Shown: positions 1-8,897, counted from the stretch's first letter. The stretch: 46,192 nucleotides of DNA from Solirubrobacterales bacterium (GCA_017354065.1 JAFMRN010000001.1:1-46192); one strand, 5' to 3'. Program-made: numbers and translations. Notes: a model not told the origin generated them from the letters alone.

Positions 1-1680
1 GCGGACGGCAACTCGGGGCCTGACTTCACTCAGGTGCGACACGAGGAGATGGCTGCCTTCATGGCCTGCGCGCACGCCAAGTTCACGGGTGAACTGGGTG
101 TCTGTGTCGCCACCTCCGGGCCCGGTGCGGTGCACTTACTGAACGGTCTGTATGACGCCAAGCTCGACCATCAGCCCGTGCTGGCGATCGTCGGTCAACA
201 GTCACAAGCCGGGCTTGGCGGCAGTTACCAGCAGGAGATTGACCTGGTCAGCCTGTACAAGGACGTCGCCCATGAGTACGTGCAGATGGCGACCGACCCC
301 GCCCAGGTCCGCCACCTGATTGACCGCGCCTGTCGCACCGCGTTGTCAGAGCGCACGGTGACAGCGGTGATCGTGCCGAACGACGTGCAGGAGATGGAGG
401 CCGTCAGCGAGCCGCCGCGTGAGCACGGCACCGTCCACTCGGGTCCGGGGTATGCCAGGCCGCTGGTGCTGCCACCGGAGGACGAGCTGGACCGCGCCGC
501 CGCACTGCTGAACTCAGGGCAGCGCGTCGCGATCCTGATCGGGCAGGGCGCGCTGGGTGCCGAGAAGGAGGTAACCGCCGTCGCGGAGATGCTCGGGGCC
601 GGAGTGGCCAAGGCGCTGCTGGGCAAGGCGGCGCTGCCCGACGACCTGCCGTATGTGACCGGTGCGATCGGGCTGCTCGGGACACGCCCCTCCTACGAGA
701 TGATGGAGCACTGCGACACGCTGCTGATGGTCGGCTCCTCCTTCCCGTACTCGGAGTTTCTGCCGGCCGAAGGCCAGGCCCGCGGCGTGCAGATCGACAA
801 CAACGCGCGGATGCTGTCACTGCGGTACCCGATGGAGGTCGGGCTGGTGGGTGACAGTGCCGAAACGCTGCGCGCGCTGCTGCCGCGTCTGGAGCGTGAG
901 CAGAACCGCGCCTGGCTGGACTGGATCCAGGACGAGATAGTGGACTGGTGGAAGCTGATTGACGAGCGCGCCGACATTCCGGCCGAGCCGATCAACCCGC
1001 AGCTGGTCTTCCGCGAACTGTCCCAGCGCCTGCCTGACCGCGCGATCGTCACCGCGGACTCCGGCTCGGCCGCCAACTGGTTCGCGCGTGACATCAAGCT
1101 GCGCAGCGGGATGATGGCCTCACTGTCAGGGACACTCGCGACCATGGGGCCCGGTGTGCCCTACGCGATCGCCGCGAAGTTCGCCTACCCCGAGCGTCCC
1201 GTGTTCGCGCTCGTCGGGGACGGGGCGATGCAGATGAACGGCCTCAACGAGCTGATCACGATCGCGAAGTACCGCGAGCAGTGGCAGGACCAGCGCCTGG
1301 TGATCCTGGTGCTCAACAACCAGGACTTGAACCAGGTGACCTGGGAGCAGCGCGTGCTGGCCGGCGATCCGAAGTTCAGGGGCTCCCAGGAGCTGCCCGA
1401 CTTCCCCTACGCCGCCTTTGCCGAGCTGATCGGGCTGACGGGGATCCGGGTATCGGAGCCCGGGCAGGTCGGGCCGGCCTGGGAGACAGCGCTGGCCGCG
1501 GACGGGCCGGTGGTGGTTGAAGCGGTGACCGACCCGGAGGTGCCGCCGCTGCCACCGCACATCACGATCGACCAGGCTCGGTCGATGTCCTCGGCGCTGT
1601 TGTCGAAGGACCCGAACTCCTCCAGGATCGTGAAGCAGGCGCTCCAGCACAAGCTCCCCGAGTTTGCTCCCGGCCGATGA
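1..1680 (+). CDS. Thiamine diphosphate-dependent enzyme (pyruvate oxidase/PoxB-like), 5'-truncated by window edge
   Basis: Frame open from base 1 (ADGNSGPDFTQVRHEE). RHEEMAAFMA and TSGPGAVHLLNGLYDAKLD N-terminal motifs; ThDP motif GDGAMQM...LNN near the C-terminus. Confidence 0.93.
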   Translation, partial: ADGNSGPDFTQVRHEEMAAFMACAHAKFTGELGVCVATSGPGAVHLLNGLYDAKLDHQPVLAIVGQQSQAGLGGSYQQEIDLVSLYKDVAHEYVQMATDPAQVRHLIDRACRTALSERTVTAVIVPNDVQEMEAVSEPPREHGTVHSGPGYARPLVLPPEDELDRAAALLNSGQRVAILIGQGALGAEKEVTAVAEMLGAGVAKALLGKAALPDDLPYVTGAIGLLGTRPSYEMMEHCDTLLMVGSSFPYSEFLPAEGQARGVQIDNNARMLSLRYPMEVGLVGDSAETLRALLPRLEREQNRAWLDWIQDEIVDWWKLIDERADIPAEPINPQLVFRELSQRLPDRAIVTADSGSAANWFARDIKLRSGMMASLSGTLATMGPGVPYAIAAKFAYPERPVFALVGDGAMQMNGLNELITIAKYREQWQDQRLVILVLNNQDLNQVTWEQRVLAGDPKFRGSQELPDFPYAAFAELIGLTGIRVSEPGQVGPAWETALAADGPVVVEAVTDPEVPPLPPHITIDQARSMSSALLSKDPNSSRIVKQALQHKLPEFAPGR

Positions 1681-2807
1681 ACGTTGTTGCCGCAAACCGT
1701 TTGCAGGTGCCGATCAGCGGGCTCGACGTCCAGGCCTACACGATCCCGACGGACGGACCCGAGGCCGACGGCACCCTGGCCTGGGACTCGACGACGATCG
1801 TCGTCGTACACGCCTACGCCCAGACCGGCCACACCGAAGAGCTGGCCGGGATCGGCTACACCTACACGGACGCTGTCGCCGCGGACCTGATCGAGAGCAC
1901 GTTGATGCCGGTGGTCATCGGCATGGACGCGCTGGCACCGCAGCGTGCCGCGGTCGCGATGGACCGCGTGGTACGCAACCTCGGGCGGCCCGGGGTCGCG
2001 TCCATGGCGATCTCCGCCGTGGACCTGGCGCTGTGGGACCTGAAGGCGCGGCTGCTGGATATGCCCCTGTACGCGGTGCTGGGCGCGGTGCGTGACCAGT
2101 TGGCGATCTACGGCTCCGGCGGGTTCACCTCCTACACCAACACCGAGCTGGCCGCGCAGCTGGCCGGCTGGGCCGCTCAGGGGATCGGCGCGGTGAAGAT
2201 GAAGGTCGGCTCGGACCCCGCGGCCGACCGAGACCGGGTGGCGATCGCGCGTGAGGCGATCGGGCCCAACGTCGAGCTGATGGTCGACGCCAACGGGGCC
2301 TACAACGTCAAACAGGCGCTGGCGCTGACCGAGCGGTTCGTGGAGGACGCGCAGATCTGCTGGCTGGAGGAGCCGGTGTCCTCAGAGGACACCGGCGGGA
2401 TGGCGTTTGTGCGCAACCACGTGCCGGCCGGAGTAGACGTCGCCGCCGGTGAGTACGGCTTTGACCTGGGGCACTTCCACGGGCTGCTGGACGCCGGAGC
2501 GGTTGACGTGCTCCAAGCCGACGTGACGCGCTGTGGCGGGATCACCGGCCTGCTGCGCCTGGCCGGCGTGTGTGCCGCCCACCAGATAGATCTCTCGCTG
2601 CACTGTGCGCCCGGCGCGCACCTGCACCCCGGACTGGGCCTGGAGCGGTTCAAGCACCTCGAGTACTTCCACGATCACGTACGTCTGGAGCGGATGCTGT
2701 TTGACGGCGTGGTCGAGCCGACCGGCGGCTTTCTGGCCCCGGACCCGGCGCGGCCGGGCAACGGCCTGGCGCTGCGCCGTGAGGAGGCTGATCCCTATGC
2801 GGTTTAG
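1677..2807 (+). CDS. Mandelate racemase/muconate lactonizing enzyme family (enolase superfamily)
   Basis: SAVDLALWDLKAR, KMKVG, MVDANG, WLEEP, AAGEY motifs. ATGA overlap with the upstream stop. Confidence 0.92.
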   Translation: MNVVAANRLQVPISGLDVQAYTIPTDGPEADGTLAWDSTTIVVVHAYAQTGHTEELAGIGYTYTDAVAADLIESTLMPVVIGMDALAPQRAAVAMDRVVRNLGRPGVASMAISAVDLALWDLKARLLDMPLYAVLGAVRDQLAIYGSGGFTSYTNTELAAQLAGWAAQGIGAVKMKVGSDPAADRDRVAIAREAIGPNVELMVDANGAYNVKQALALTERFVEDAQICWLEEPVSSEDTGGMAFVRNHVPAGVDVAAGEYGFDLGHFHGLLDAGAVDVLQADVTRCGGITGLLRLAGVCAAHQIDLSLHCAPGAHLHPGLGLERFKHLEYFHDHVRLERMLFDGVVEPTGGFLAPDPARPGNGLALRREEADPYAV

Positions 2808-3252
2808 GCGTGCCGCCATCGAGCCGCGGTCCTCGCTGTTCTCGGCCGCGCTGCCTAGCGAAACCGACGTTGCCCGCGGGCTCTCAGCGCTGACCGGGCT
2901 GAGTGCCGCCGGACTCGGCTTTGAGATCGCCGTAGAGCACTACCGCGGCTCCTTCGGCGACACCTGGATGTGGACGCCGGTCCTGCTCTCACCGCTGTTG
3001 AGCGGCGCCGGGTTCGCCGGGGCGCGCTCAGCGGTCGTCAGGCGCCGGTGGCTGGCGCCGCTGGCCGCCGCGTACCTGGCCGACGGCGTGATCGGCGTCG
3101 TCACCCACATCCGTGGCGTGATGCGCCGTCCCGGCGGCTTCTCCGAGCCGGTCTACAACATCGTGATGGGGCCGCCGCTGCTGGCGCCGGGCGCGCTGTC
3201 ACTGGTCGGAGGCATGGGGGTCGTCGCCGGCGCGCTGACACAGGCGGGCTGA
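2797..3252 (+). CDS. Small multi-pass membrane protein of unknown function
   Basis: ATG at 2797 with GAGGAGG at 2781-2787. About four hydrophobic segments with EHYRGSF, H and GPPLLAP. Overlap-coupled to both neighbours. Confidence 0.78.
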   Translation: MRFRRAAIEPRSSLFSAALPSETDVARGLSALTGLSAAGLGFEIAVEHYRGSFGDTWMWTPVLLSPLLSGAGFAGARSAVVRRRWLAPLAAAYLADGVIGVVTHIRGVMRRPGGFSEPVYNIVMGPPLLAPGALSLVGGMGVVAGALTQAG

Positions 3253-3785
3253 TGAGCTCGCTGCTCGATCAGGCCGGGCACTGGGACCCAGCCACCCGTG
3301 AGCTGGTTGAGTCGCGTGTCGCCAGTCCGCCACCGTTCCGGTTCTTCTCGGCGCTCGAGGTACGCACGCTGGAGCCCTTCTGTGACCTGGTGACCGGTCA
3401 GGGCGACCGGCGCGAGATCCCGGTGCTGCGGTTCATCGACGATGAGCTGTTTCGCGCGCGGCTGCCCGGGTTCCGCCACGCCGGCATGCCTGATGACCGG
3501 GATGTCTGGCGCCTGGTGGCCCAGGGGCTGGATGAACACGGGTTCGCCGACCTGTCCCATGAGGCTCAGCTCAAGCTGATCCAGGCCTTTGTCGACGGGG
3601 AGCTGCGCGGCGGCGCCTTCGCGCAGCTGGATGTCGGGCTCGCCTGGAAGGTCGTGATGGCGGCTGTGATCCAGGCCTTCTACGCGCACCCGCTGGCCTG
3701 GGAGGAGATCGGCTTCGGCGGGCCGGCGTACCCGCGCGGCTACTCACGGCTCGGCGCGGGACAGCGGGAGAGCTGGCAGCCGTGA
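3252..3785 (+). CDS. Gluconate 2-dehydrogenase subunit 3 (gamma)-like protein
   Basis: TGATG-coupled start at 3252. RFFS..E..TL, GFADLS...Q and FYAHPLAWEEIGFGGPAYPRGY patterns. Directly precedes a GMC flavoprotein. Confidence 0.8.
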   Translation: MSSLLDQAGHWDPATRELVESRVASPPPFRFFSALEVRTLEPFCDLVTGQGDRREIPVLRFIDDELFRARLPGFRHAGMPDDRDVWRLVAQGLDEHGFADLSHEAQLKLIQAFVDGELRGGAFAQLDVGLAWKVVMAAVIQAFYAHPLAWEEIGFGGPAYPRGYSRLGAGQRESWQP

Positions 3786-5395
3786 GGTTGCGCCCGCCCT
3801 CCGGCAACGACTCGGCGTACCTGCTCGATCCCCACCGGCGGGCGGTGCCCCACGAGCACATGGCCCGCTATCGCGGAACCGATCAGGTGGACCTGGTGAT
3901 CATCGGCGCGGGGGCGGGCGGCGCGACCCTGGCCCAGCGCCTGGGACGCCGGGGCTGGCGGGTTGTCGTGCTGGAGGCGGGACCGTTCTGGGACCCGGAC
4001 CGTGACTGGGTCTCGGATGAGGCCGGGTCGCACCCGCTGTACTGGACTGAGGAGCGCGTGATCGGCGGCAGCGACCCGGTCGAGCTGGGCAAGAACAACT
4101 CGGGCCGCGGGGTCGGCGGCTCAATGAACCACTACGCCGGCTACTGCCCGCGCTTTCACCCCTCCGACTTCGCGGTGCGGAGCGCTGACGGTGTCGGCGC
4201 GGACTGGCCGATCGACTACTCGGATTTACGGGCCCACTACGAGCTGTTGGAGCGCGAGCTGCCGGTAGCGGGCCAGCACTGGCCCTGGGGGGACCCGCAC
4301 TCCTACCCCCACAGCGCCCACCCGGTCAGCGGCGGCGCCGACGCGGTCTGGGACGGCGCCAACAAGCTCGGTATCGAGATGCGGGTCGGTCCGGTCGGGA
4401 TCACCAACGGCAGCTTCGGCAACCGTCCCCACTGCATCTACCGCGGCTTCTGCCTGCAGGGCTGCAAGGTCGGAGCCAAGGCCTCACCGCTCATCACACA
4501 CGTTCCCGACGCGATCGCGCACGGTGTCGAGTTCCGTACCGATTGCATGGTCTCTGCGATCGATGTCGATGGCCAGCGCGTAACGCGCGTGCGCTATTTC
4601 CGTGACGGCAGCGAGTACGTGCAGGCCGGTGCCGCAGTGGCGGTGGCCGGGTACTCGGTCGAGACCCCGCGGCTGTTGTTGAACTCCACGAGCCGGCGCT
4701 TTCCGAACGGACTGGGCAACGGGTCGGACCAGGTGGGCCGCTACATCATGGTTCAGGGGGCGCCACAGATCGGGGGTCGCTTTGAGCGGGAGATGGGGAT
4801 GTACAAGGCGCCACCGCCGGAGGTCACCTCCGAGCAGTTCTATGAGACCGATCCGAGCCGCGGGTTCGCGCGTGGCTTCGCGATCCAGACCGTCGGGCCG
4901 CTGCCGATCGGCTGGGCCGAGCACCTGCTTGCCAACGGGATCTGGGGCGAAGAGCTGCGCGAGCGGATGCGCGATTACAACCACTGGTACCCGTTGGGTG
5001 TGTTGGCCGAGCTGCTGCCCCAAGCTGACAACCGAGTGACAATCGCAAGTGACACCGTCGACCGTAACGGCATACCGGTCGCGCGCCTGGATTACTCACA
5101 GTGTGACAACGACCGCTTGAATATCGCTTGTGCCAAGCACACGCTGCGCGAGATTTTGGATGCGAGTGGCGCCTCTGAGACCCTGGAGATCGACCGTTAC
5201 GCGCACCTGGTCGGCGGGTGCCGGATGGGCACCAGTCCCGAGGACAGCGTGGTGGACTCAGACCATCGCGTCTGGGGCGTTCCGAACCTGTTCATCGCCG
5301 ACGGCAGCGTGATGCCGACACAGGGCAGCGCCAACCCCGCGCTGACGATCATGGCGCTGGCCTCACGGCTGGCGGAGCGGTTGGGGCGGAGCTAG
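3782..5395 (+). CDS. GMC family FAD-dependent oxidoreductase
   Basis: IIGAGAGG FAD motif, GRGVGGS, CIYRGFCLQGC Cys cluster, HLVGGCRMG, NPALTIMALA. Confidence 0.93.
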   Translation: MRLRPPSGNDSAYLLDPHRRAVPHEHMARYRGTDQVDLVIIGAGAGGATLAQRLGRRGWRVVVLEAGPFWDPDRDWVSDEAGSHPLYWTEERVIGGSDPVELGKNNSGRGVGGSMNHYAGYCPRFHPSDFAVRSADGVGADWPIDYSDLRAHYELLERELPVAGQHWPWGDPHSYPHSAHPVSGGADAVWDGANKLGIEMRVGPVGITNGSFGNRPHCIYRGFCLQGCKVGAKASPLITHVPDAIAHGVEFRTDCMVSAIDVDGQRVTRVRYFRDGSEYVQAGAAVAVAGYSVETPRLLLNSTSRRFPNGLGNGSDQVGRYIMVQGAPQIGGRFEREMGMYKAPPPEVTSEQFYETDPSRGFARGFAIQTVGPLPIGWAEHLLANGIWGEELRERMRDYNHWYPLGVLAELLPQADNRVTIASDTVDRNGIPVARLDYSQCDNDRLNIACAKHTLREILDASGASETLEIDRYAHLVGGCRMGTSPEDSVVDSDHRVWGVPNLFIADGSVMPTQGSANPALTIMALASRLAERLGRS

Positions 5396-6090
5396 TGCAC
5401 GAGTTGGACCTGGTCTGGCGTCTGGCGGTGGCACTCGGGCTTTCCTCGCTGATCGGGCTCGAGCGCGAAGTCCGCCAGAAGAGCGCGGGCCTGCGCACCT
5501 ACGCGCTGGTCGGCACCGGCGCCGCGCTGTTCATGCTCGTCAGTCAGTACGGCTTCGCGACCGCGAACGGCAAGAGCGTTATCCTCGACCCGTCCCGTGT
5601 CGCGGCCCAGATCGTGTCCGGCATCGGCTTCATCGGCGGCGGCCTGATCTTCGTCCACCGCTCCGACGTGCGCGGCCTGACCACGGCTGCCGGGGTCTGG
5701 GTGGTCGCCGCCATCGGCATGGCGGTCGCCGGCGACGAGGTGCTGCTCGCGCTGGCCGCGACCGGCCTGTACCTGATCGTCTCCTTCGGCTATCCGCTGC
5801 TGACCGAGCACTTGCCGCGCTCCCGCGGCGGGCCCTACGTGATGGATTTGACCTACCTGAACGGGAAGGGGGTACTGCGCGACCTCGTCGGAGTCTGCTC
5901 AGCGCAGGGCTTCGCGGTATCGGACATCAGTGTGCGCCATGACGACGGTGATCAGGTCACCGTGCGGCTCGAGTTGCGCGGCCGTGGCTCGGTGTCTGAG
6001 CTGGCCGGCGCGCTGGACGCCGCTGACGGAGTCACCAACGTGCACCTTGGAGCCAAGGACATCCCGGCGGAAGTATCTGGTCTGGGGTGA
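5395..6090 (+). CDS. MgtC/SapB family protein with C-terminal ACT-like domain
   Basis: GTG at 5395 overlaps the GMC stop (TAGTG). IGLERE, AGLRT, DPSRVAAQIVSGIGFIGGG and GLTTAA signatures. Confidence 0.92.
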   Translation: MHELDLVWRLAVALGLSSLIGLEREVRQKSAGLRTYALVGTGAALFMLVSQYGFATANGKSVILDPSRVAAQIVSGIGFIGGGLIFVHRSDVRGLTTAAGVWVVAAIGMAVAGDEVLLALAATGLYLIVSFGYPLLTEHLPRSRGGPYVMDLTYLNGKGVLRDLVGVCSAQGFAVSDISVRHDDGDQVTVRLELRGRGSVSELAGALDAADGVTNVHLGAKDIPAEVSGLG

Positions 6091-6116
6091 GGTCTTTGAG
6101 ACCCCACCCCAGGTGG

Positions 6117-6881
6117 TCAGTGGACGCGGCTCCCGGCGGGTGCGTTCAGCTCCAGGTCCATCAACCAGAAGTCCTGCCGGGTCACGGGGATCGCGACGTT
6201 GTAGACCGGGGTCGGGCCGATCTGGCCGGCGAACGTACCGCTGTGGGCGTGGCCGTGGAGCACTATGTCCGGCTCGTGCTCCGCGATCGGCGCGGCCAGA
6301 CGGTCTGAGCCGAGGAACGCCCAGATCCCCGGGTTCTCACCCTGGATCGTGGTGACGGTCGGGGCGTAGTGCAGCAGCACGATTTTTGTGGTGCACAGTT
6401 CGATCTGGGCGAGCCCGCGCTCCAGAGCCTCGACCTGGTTGCTGGTGGCGCTGTACAGCTCACGCAGGATCGGCTCCCCGAAGTCAGGGAGGTGCGAGCC
6501 GCTGAAGCCTCCGATGAAGCCCTTGACGCCGACGACGCCGACGTCATGATCCTTGACCTGGCAGCGGGCCACGTCGCCGTCGAGCAGCGTGATGCCCCCG
6601 TCAGCCAGCACCGCGGCGAGATCGTCGACGCGATCCGCGTGCCAGTCGTGGTTGCCCAGGACCGCGAGCACCGGGACATCAAGGGCGGCGCATGCCTCGG
6701 CCAGGGGCTTGGCCTGCTCGGGCTTGCCGTGGGTGGTCAGGTCGCCGGCCAGCAGCACGATGTCTGCGTCGCCAGGCAGTGCGTTTACGGCCGCGGCCAC
6801 TTGCTCGGCGCGTTCCTCATTGCAGTGGATGTCGCCGGCTGTCGCGAGCCGGAGCCGGTTGGGGTCTGCGTTGGGTTCCAC
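6117..6881 (-). CDS. Calcineurin-like metallophosphoesterase
   Basis: All five metal motifs present: GDIH, AGDL, GNHD, LLH, HGHAH. Confidence 0.92.
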   Translation of the reverse strand: MEPNADPNRLRLATAGDIHCNEERAEQVAAAVNALPGDADIVLLAGDLTTHGKPEQAKPLAEACAALDVPVLAVLGNHDWHADRVDDLAAVLADGGITLLDGDVARCQVKDHDVGVVGVKGFIGGFSGSHLPDFGEPILRELYSATSNQVEALERGLAQIELCTTKIVLLHYAPTVTTIQGENPGIWAFLGSDRLAAPIAEHEPDIVLHGHAHSGTFAGQIGPTPVYNVAIPVTRQDFWLMDLELNAPAGSRVH

Positions 6882-6884
6882 TCA

Positions 6885-6918
6885 GATTGCACTACCCGTG
6901 CGCCGGGTAGGCCTAATC
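6885..6918. promoter_or_regulatory. Bidirectional, mirror-symmetric SigB/SigF-like promoter
   Basis: GATT-gca-CTACCCG-tgcgc-CGGGTAG-gcct-AATC. Reads GATT-N16-GGGTA on + and GATT-N17-GGGTA on -, with GGGTAG 9-10 nt before each start codon. Confidence 0.6.
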
Positions 6919-6919
6919 C

Positions 6920-7513
6920 ATGAAGGCTGAGAACCGCCCGTTGCTGGATACGCTGCGTCTGTGCGCCGCGACTCTGCGCGACGCCCACATACCGTTCATG
7001 CTCGGCGGCAGCCTGGCCGTCTGGGCGCGCGGTGGACCGATGCCTGAGAAGGATCTCGACCTGATGGTCACTCCCGATGACGCCGGCGCCGCTTTGCAAG
7101 CGCTTGTCGACGGCGGGCTGGCGGCCGGGGACCCGCCCGAGGAGTGGCTGTACAAGGCCTGGCTCGACGACGTGATGGTCGACGTGATCTTCAGGCCCGC
7201 CGGGATTCCGGTCAGCGCCGAGATGATCGACCGTGCCGAGCGCATGGCGGTGGTCGCGGTCGAGATGCCGGTGATGTCGATCAATGACGTCCTGGCCACC
7301 AAGCTAGCCGTGATGGGGGAGCGCACGCTTGACTACGCGCCGGTTCTGGCGATGGCGCGGGCGGTGCGCGAGCAGATCGACTGGAACCGGCTGCGCGCAG
7401 ATGCTGCGGACTCGCCGTACGCGAAGCCGTTCTTCACCCTCGTTGAGGAGCTGGACATCGTCGGCGAGGGTGTGGACGCCGCGCCCGCGCGCGGCGTCCA
7501 TGTGCTGGGCTAG
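6920..7513 (+). CDS. DNA polymerase beta-superfamily nucleotidyltransferase (minimal)
   Basis: LGGSLA (hG[GS]) followed by DLD, plus a third acidic strand MVDVIF. Confidence 0.85.
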   Translation: MKAENRPLLDTLRLCAATLRDAHIPFMLGGSLAVWARGGPMPEKDLDLMVTPDDAGAALQALVDGGLAAGDPPEEWLYKAWLDDVMVDVIFRPAGIPVSAEMIDRAERMAVVAVEMPVMSINDVLATKLAVMGERTLDYAPVLAMARAVREQIDWNRLRADAADSPYAKPFFTLVEELDIVGEGVDAAPARGVHVLG

Positions 7514-7536
7514 AACGCGGCCGCGGAGCTACTCAT

Positions 7537-8106
7537 CTAGGCGTGACCGACGTGGGCCGGCTCCTGGGCGAAGCTCTCCAGGATCGTTGAGCAGAACGCC
7601 GGGAGGTCGTCCGGCTTCCGGCTGGAGATCAGTCCGCCGTCCACGTGCACGTTTTCATCGACCCAGTGGCCGCCGGCGTTCTCTATGTCGGTCTTCAATG
7701 ACGGCCAGGAGGTCAGCGTGCGGCCATGCAGGACGTCAGCCTCGACCAGCGTCCAGGGGGCGTGGCAGATGGCGCCGACCGGCTTGTTGTCTTCAAAGAA
7801 GCCGCCGATGAAGCGGACCGCATCCGGATCGCGGCGCAGCGCATCCGGGTTGGCGACCCCACCGGGCAGGACCAGCGCATCAAAGCTGGCTGCCTCGGTG
7901 TCCTTGACCGCCAGGGCCGCGTCGATCGTCTCGGCCTTGTCCAGATGGTTGAACATCTGCACCGGGCCCTGCTCGAGTGACACCAGGGCGGTGTCGGCAC
8001 CCGCGGCGCGGGCGGCGGCAAGCGGCGCTATCAGCTCCGTCTGCTCGACACCATCGGTGAACAGGAATGCAACGTGCTTACCGTCAAGTTTCTGCTCGGT
8101 CACCAT
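7537..8106 (-). CDS. PfpI/DJ-1 family protein (type 1 glutamine amidotransferase-like)
   Basis: DGVEQTE, LVLPGG..NPD.LR, AICHAPW, SRKPDDLPAF. Start moved to ATG 8106, which has a GAGGAGG RBS. Confidence 0.93.
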   Translation of the reverse strand: MVTEQKLDGKHVAFLFTDGVEQTELIAPLAAARAAGADTALVSLEQGPVQMFNHLDKAETIDAALAVKDTEAASFDALVLPGGVANPDALRRDPDAVRFIGGFFEDNKPVGAICHAPWTLVEADVLHGRTLTSWPSLKTDIENAGGHWVDENVHVDGGLISSRKPDDLPAFCSTILESFAQEPAHVGHA

Positions 8107-8107
8107 C

Positions 8108-8611
8108 TCAGTTCCTCCTCTCGGCTTCATATTCCCGCAGGAACCCTTCAAACAGCCTGCGGTGTCGCTGCTCGTCATGGAGGATCTCGATCACCATGTC
8201 ATTGGTGACCGGATCGGCGTGTTCGGTCCGGTCGACTATCTCGCGGTAGTACTTGACCGCCTCACTCTCGGCCTGGATCACGCCTTTGATCACGTGGACC
8301 ACGTCGGTCTGCTCGGCGGGCGGCGCGAGGAAGTCCTGCTCCGGACGGAAGTCTTCGGATGTCGGGACCACGCCGTAGAGCTCCTTGATCCGCTCCCCGA
8401 AACGGCGGGCGTGATCCAGCTCGTCCTGGACCTCGTCACGCAGGGAGGCGGCCACCTGCTGTGCAAGCACGCCGTCAGGGTTGATCGAGTTCGCCAGGTA
8501 GTTCATGACCGTCTCAATCTCCATCCAGTAGGCCTTGGCCAGCATTTCGATGATCGCCGGATCATCGCTCCTTGGGGCCTTGGTGCCGGGGGTGTCTTCA
8601 GTCAGCGTCAT
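8108..8611 (-). CDS. Ferritin-like (bacterioferritin-type) diiron protein
   Basis: E...DELDHA and AESEAVKYY...DEQRH di-iron helices. Ends 1 nt before the PfpI start. Confidence 0.88.
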   Translation of the reverse strand: MTLTEDTPGTKAPRSDDPAIIEMLAKAYWMEIETVMNYLANSINPDGVLAQQVAASLRDEVQDELDHARRFGERIKELYGVVPTSEDFRPEQDFLAPPAEQTDVVHVIKGVIQAESEAVKYYREIVDRTEHADPVTNDMVIEILHDEQRHRRLFEGFLREYEAERRN

Positions 8612-8789
8612 CAGGTAGCTCCTCCGGTTGGAATTGATCGCGCATCGCGCGCCTCGCGGCGTGCTGATCGCCGTGCGTCGCGTGCTCGATCAGCTCGCGT
8701 TCTGCCTGTTCGAAGCCCTCGCTCTCGCCCTCGCCGGCTTCCTCCAGCGGGCGGTCAGGCTCTCCTGGGAATTCCTCGAACTCCTTCAT
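8598..8789 (-). CDS. Small acidic hypothetical protein (63 aa)
   Basis: ATG directly downstream of a SigB/SigF-like promoter. Overlaps the ferritin start. Typical high-GC codon usage. Confidence 0.62.
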   Translation of the reverse strand: MKEFEEFPGEPDRPLEEAGEGESEGFEQAERELIEHATHGDQHAARRAMRDQFQPEELPDDAD

Positions 8790-8799
8790 GTGTGTTGGC

Positions 8800-8824
8800 T
8801 TCCCGATCGTCGTGGCCGGGAAAC
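8800..8824 (-). promoter_or_regulatory. SigB/SigF-like promoter for the small protein-ferritin-PfpI operon
   Basis: Minus strand reads GTTT-N16-GGGAA, 10 nt before ATG 8789. Confidence 0.6.
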
Positions 8825-8837
8825 GGGCGGCTGACCC

Positions 8838-8897
8838 GGCCCAAAAGTCCTAAGCCCCCTTGCCCGAAAGGCCCAAGCGAATTTGGGCCCGGCCCAA
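8838..8897. promoter_or_regulatory. Array of GGCCCAA heptamers (putative operator)
   Basis: GGCCCAA at 8838, 8870 and 8891; inverted TTGGGCC at 8883. Confidence 0.4.

Noticed and set aside
6920-7513. CBASS/CD-NTase or AbiE-type defence system
   Set aside because: Only 197 aa with no helical C-lobe, and no effector, HEPN or antitoxin gene adjacent. The context is general stress.
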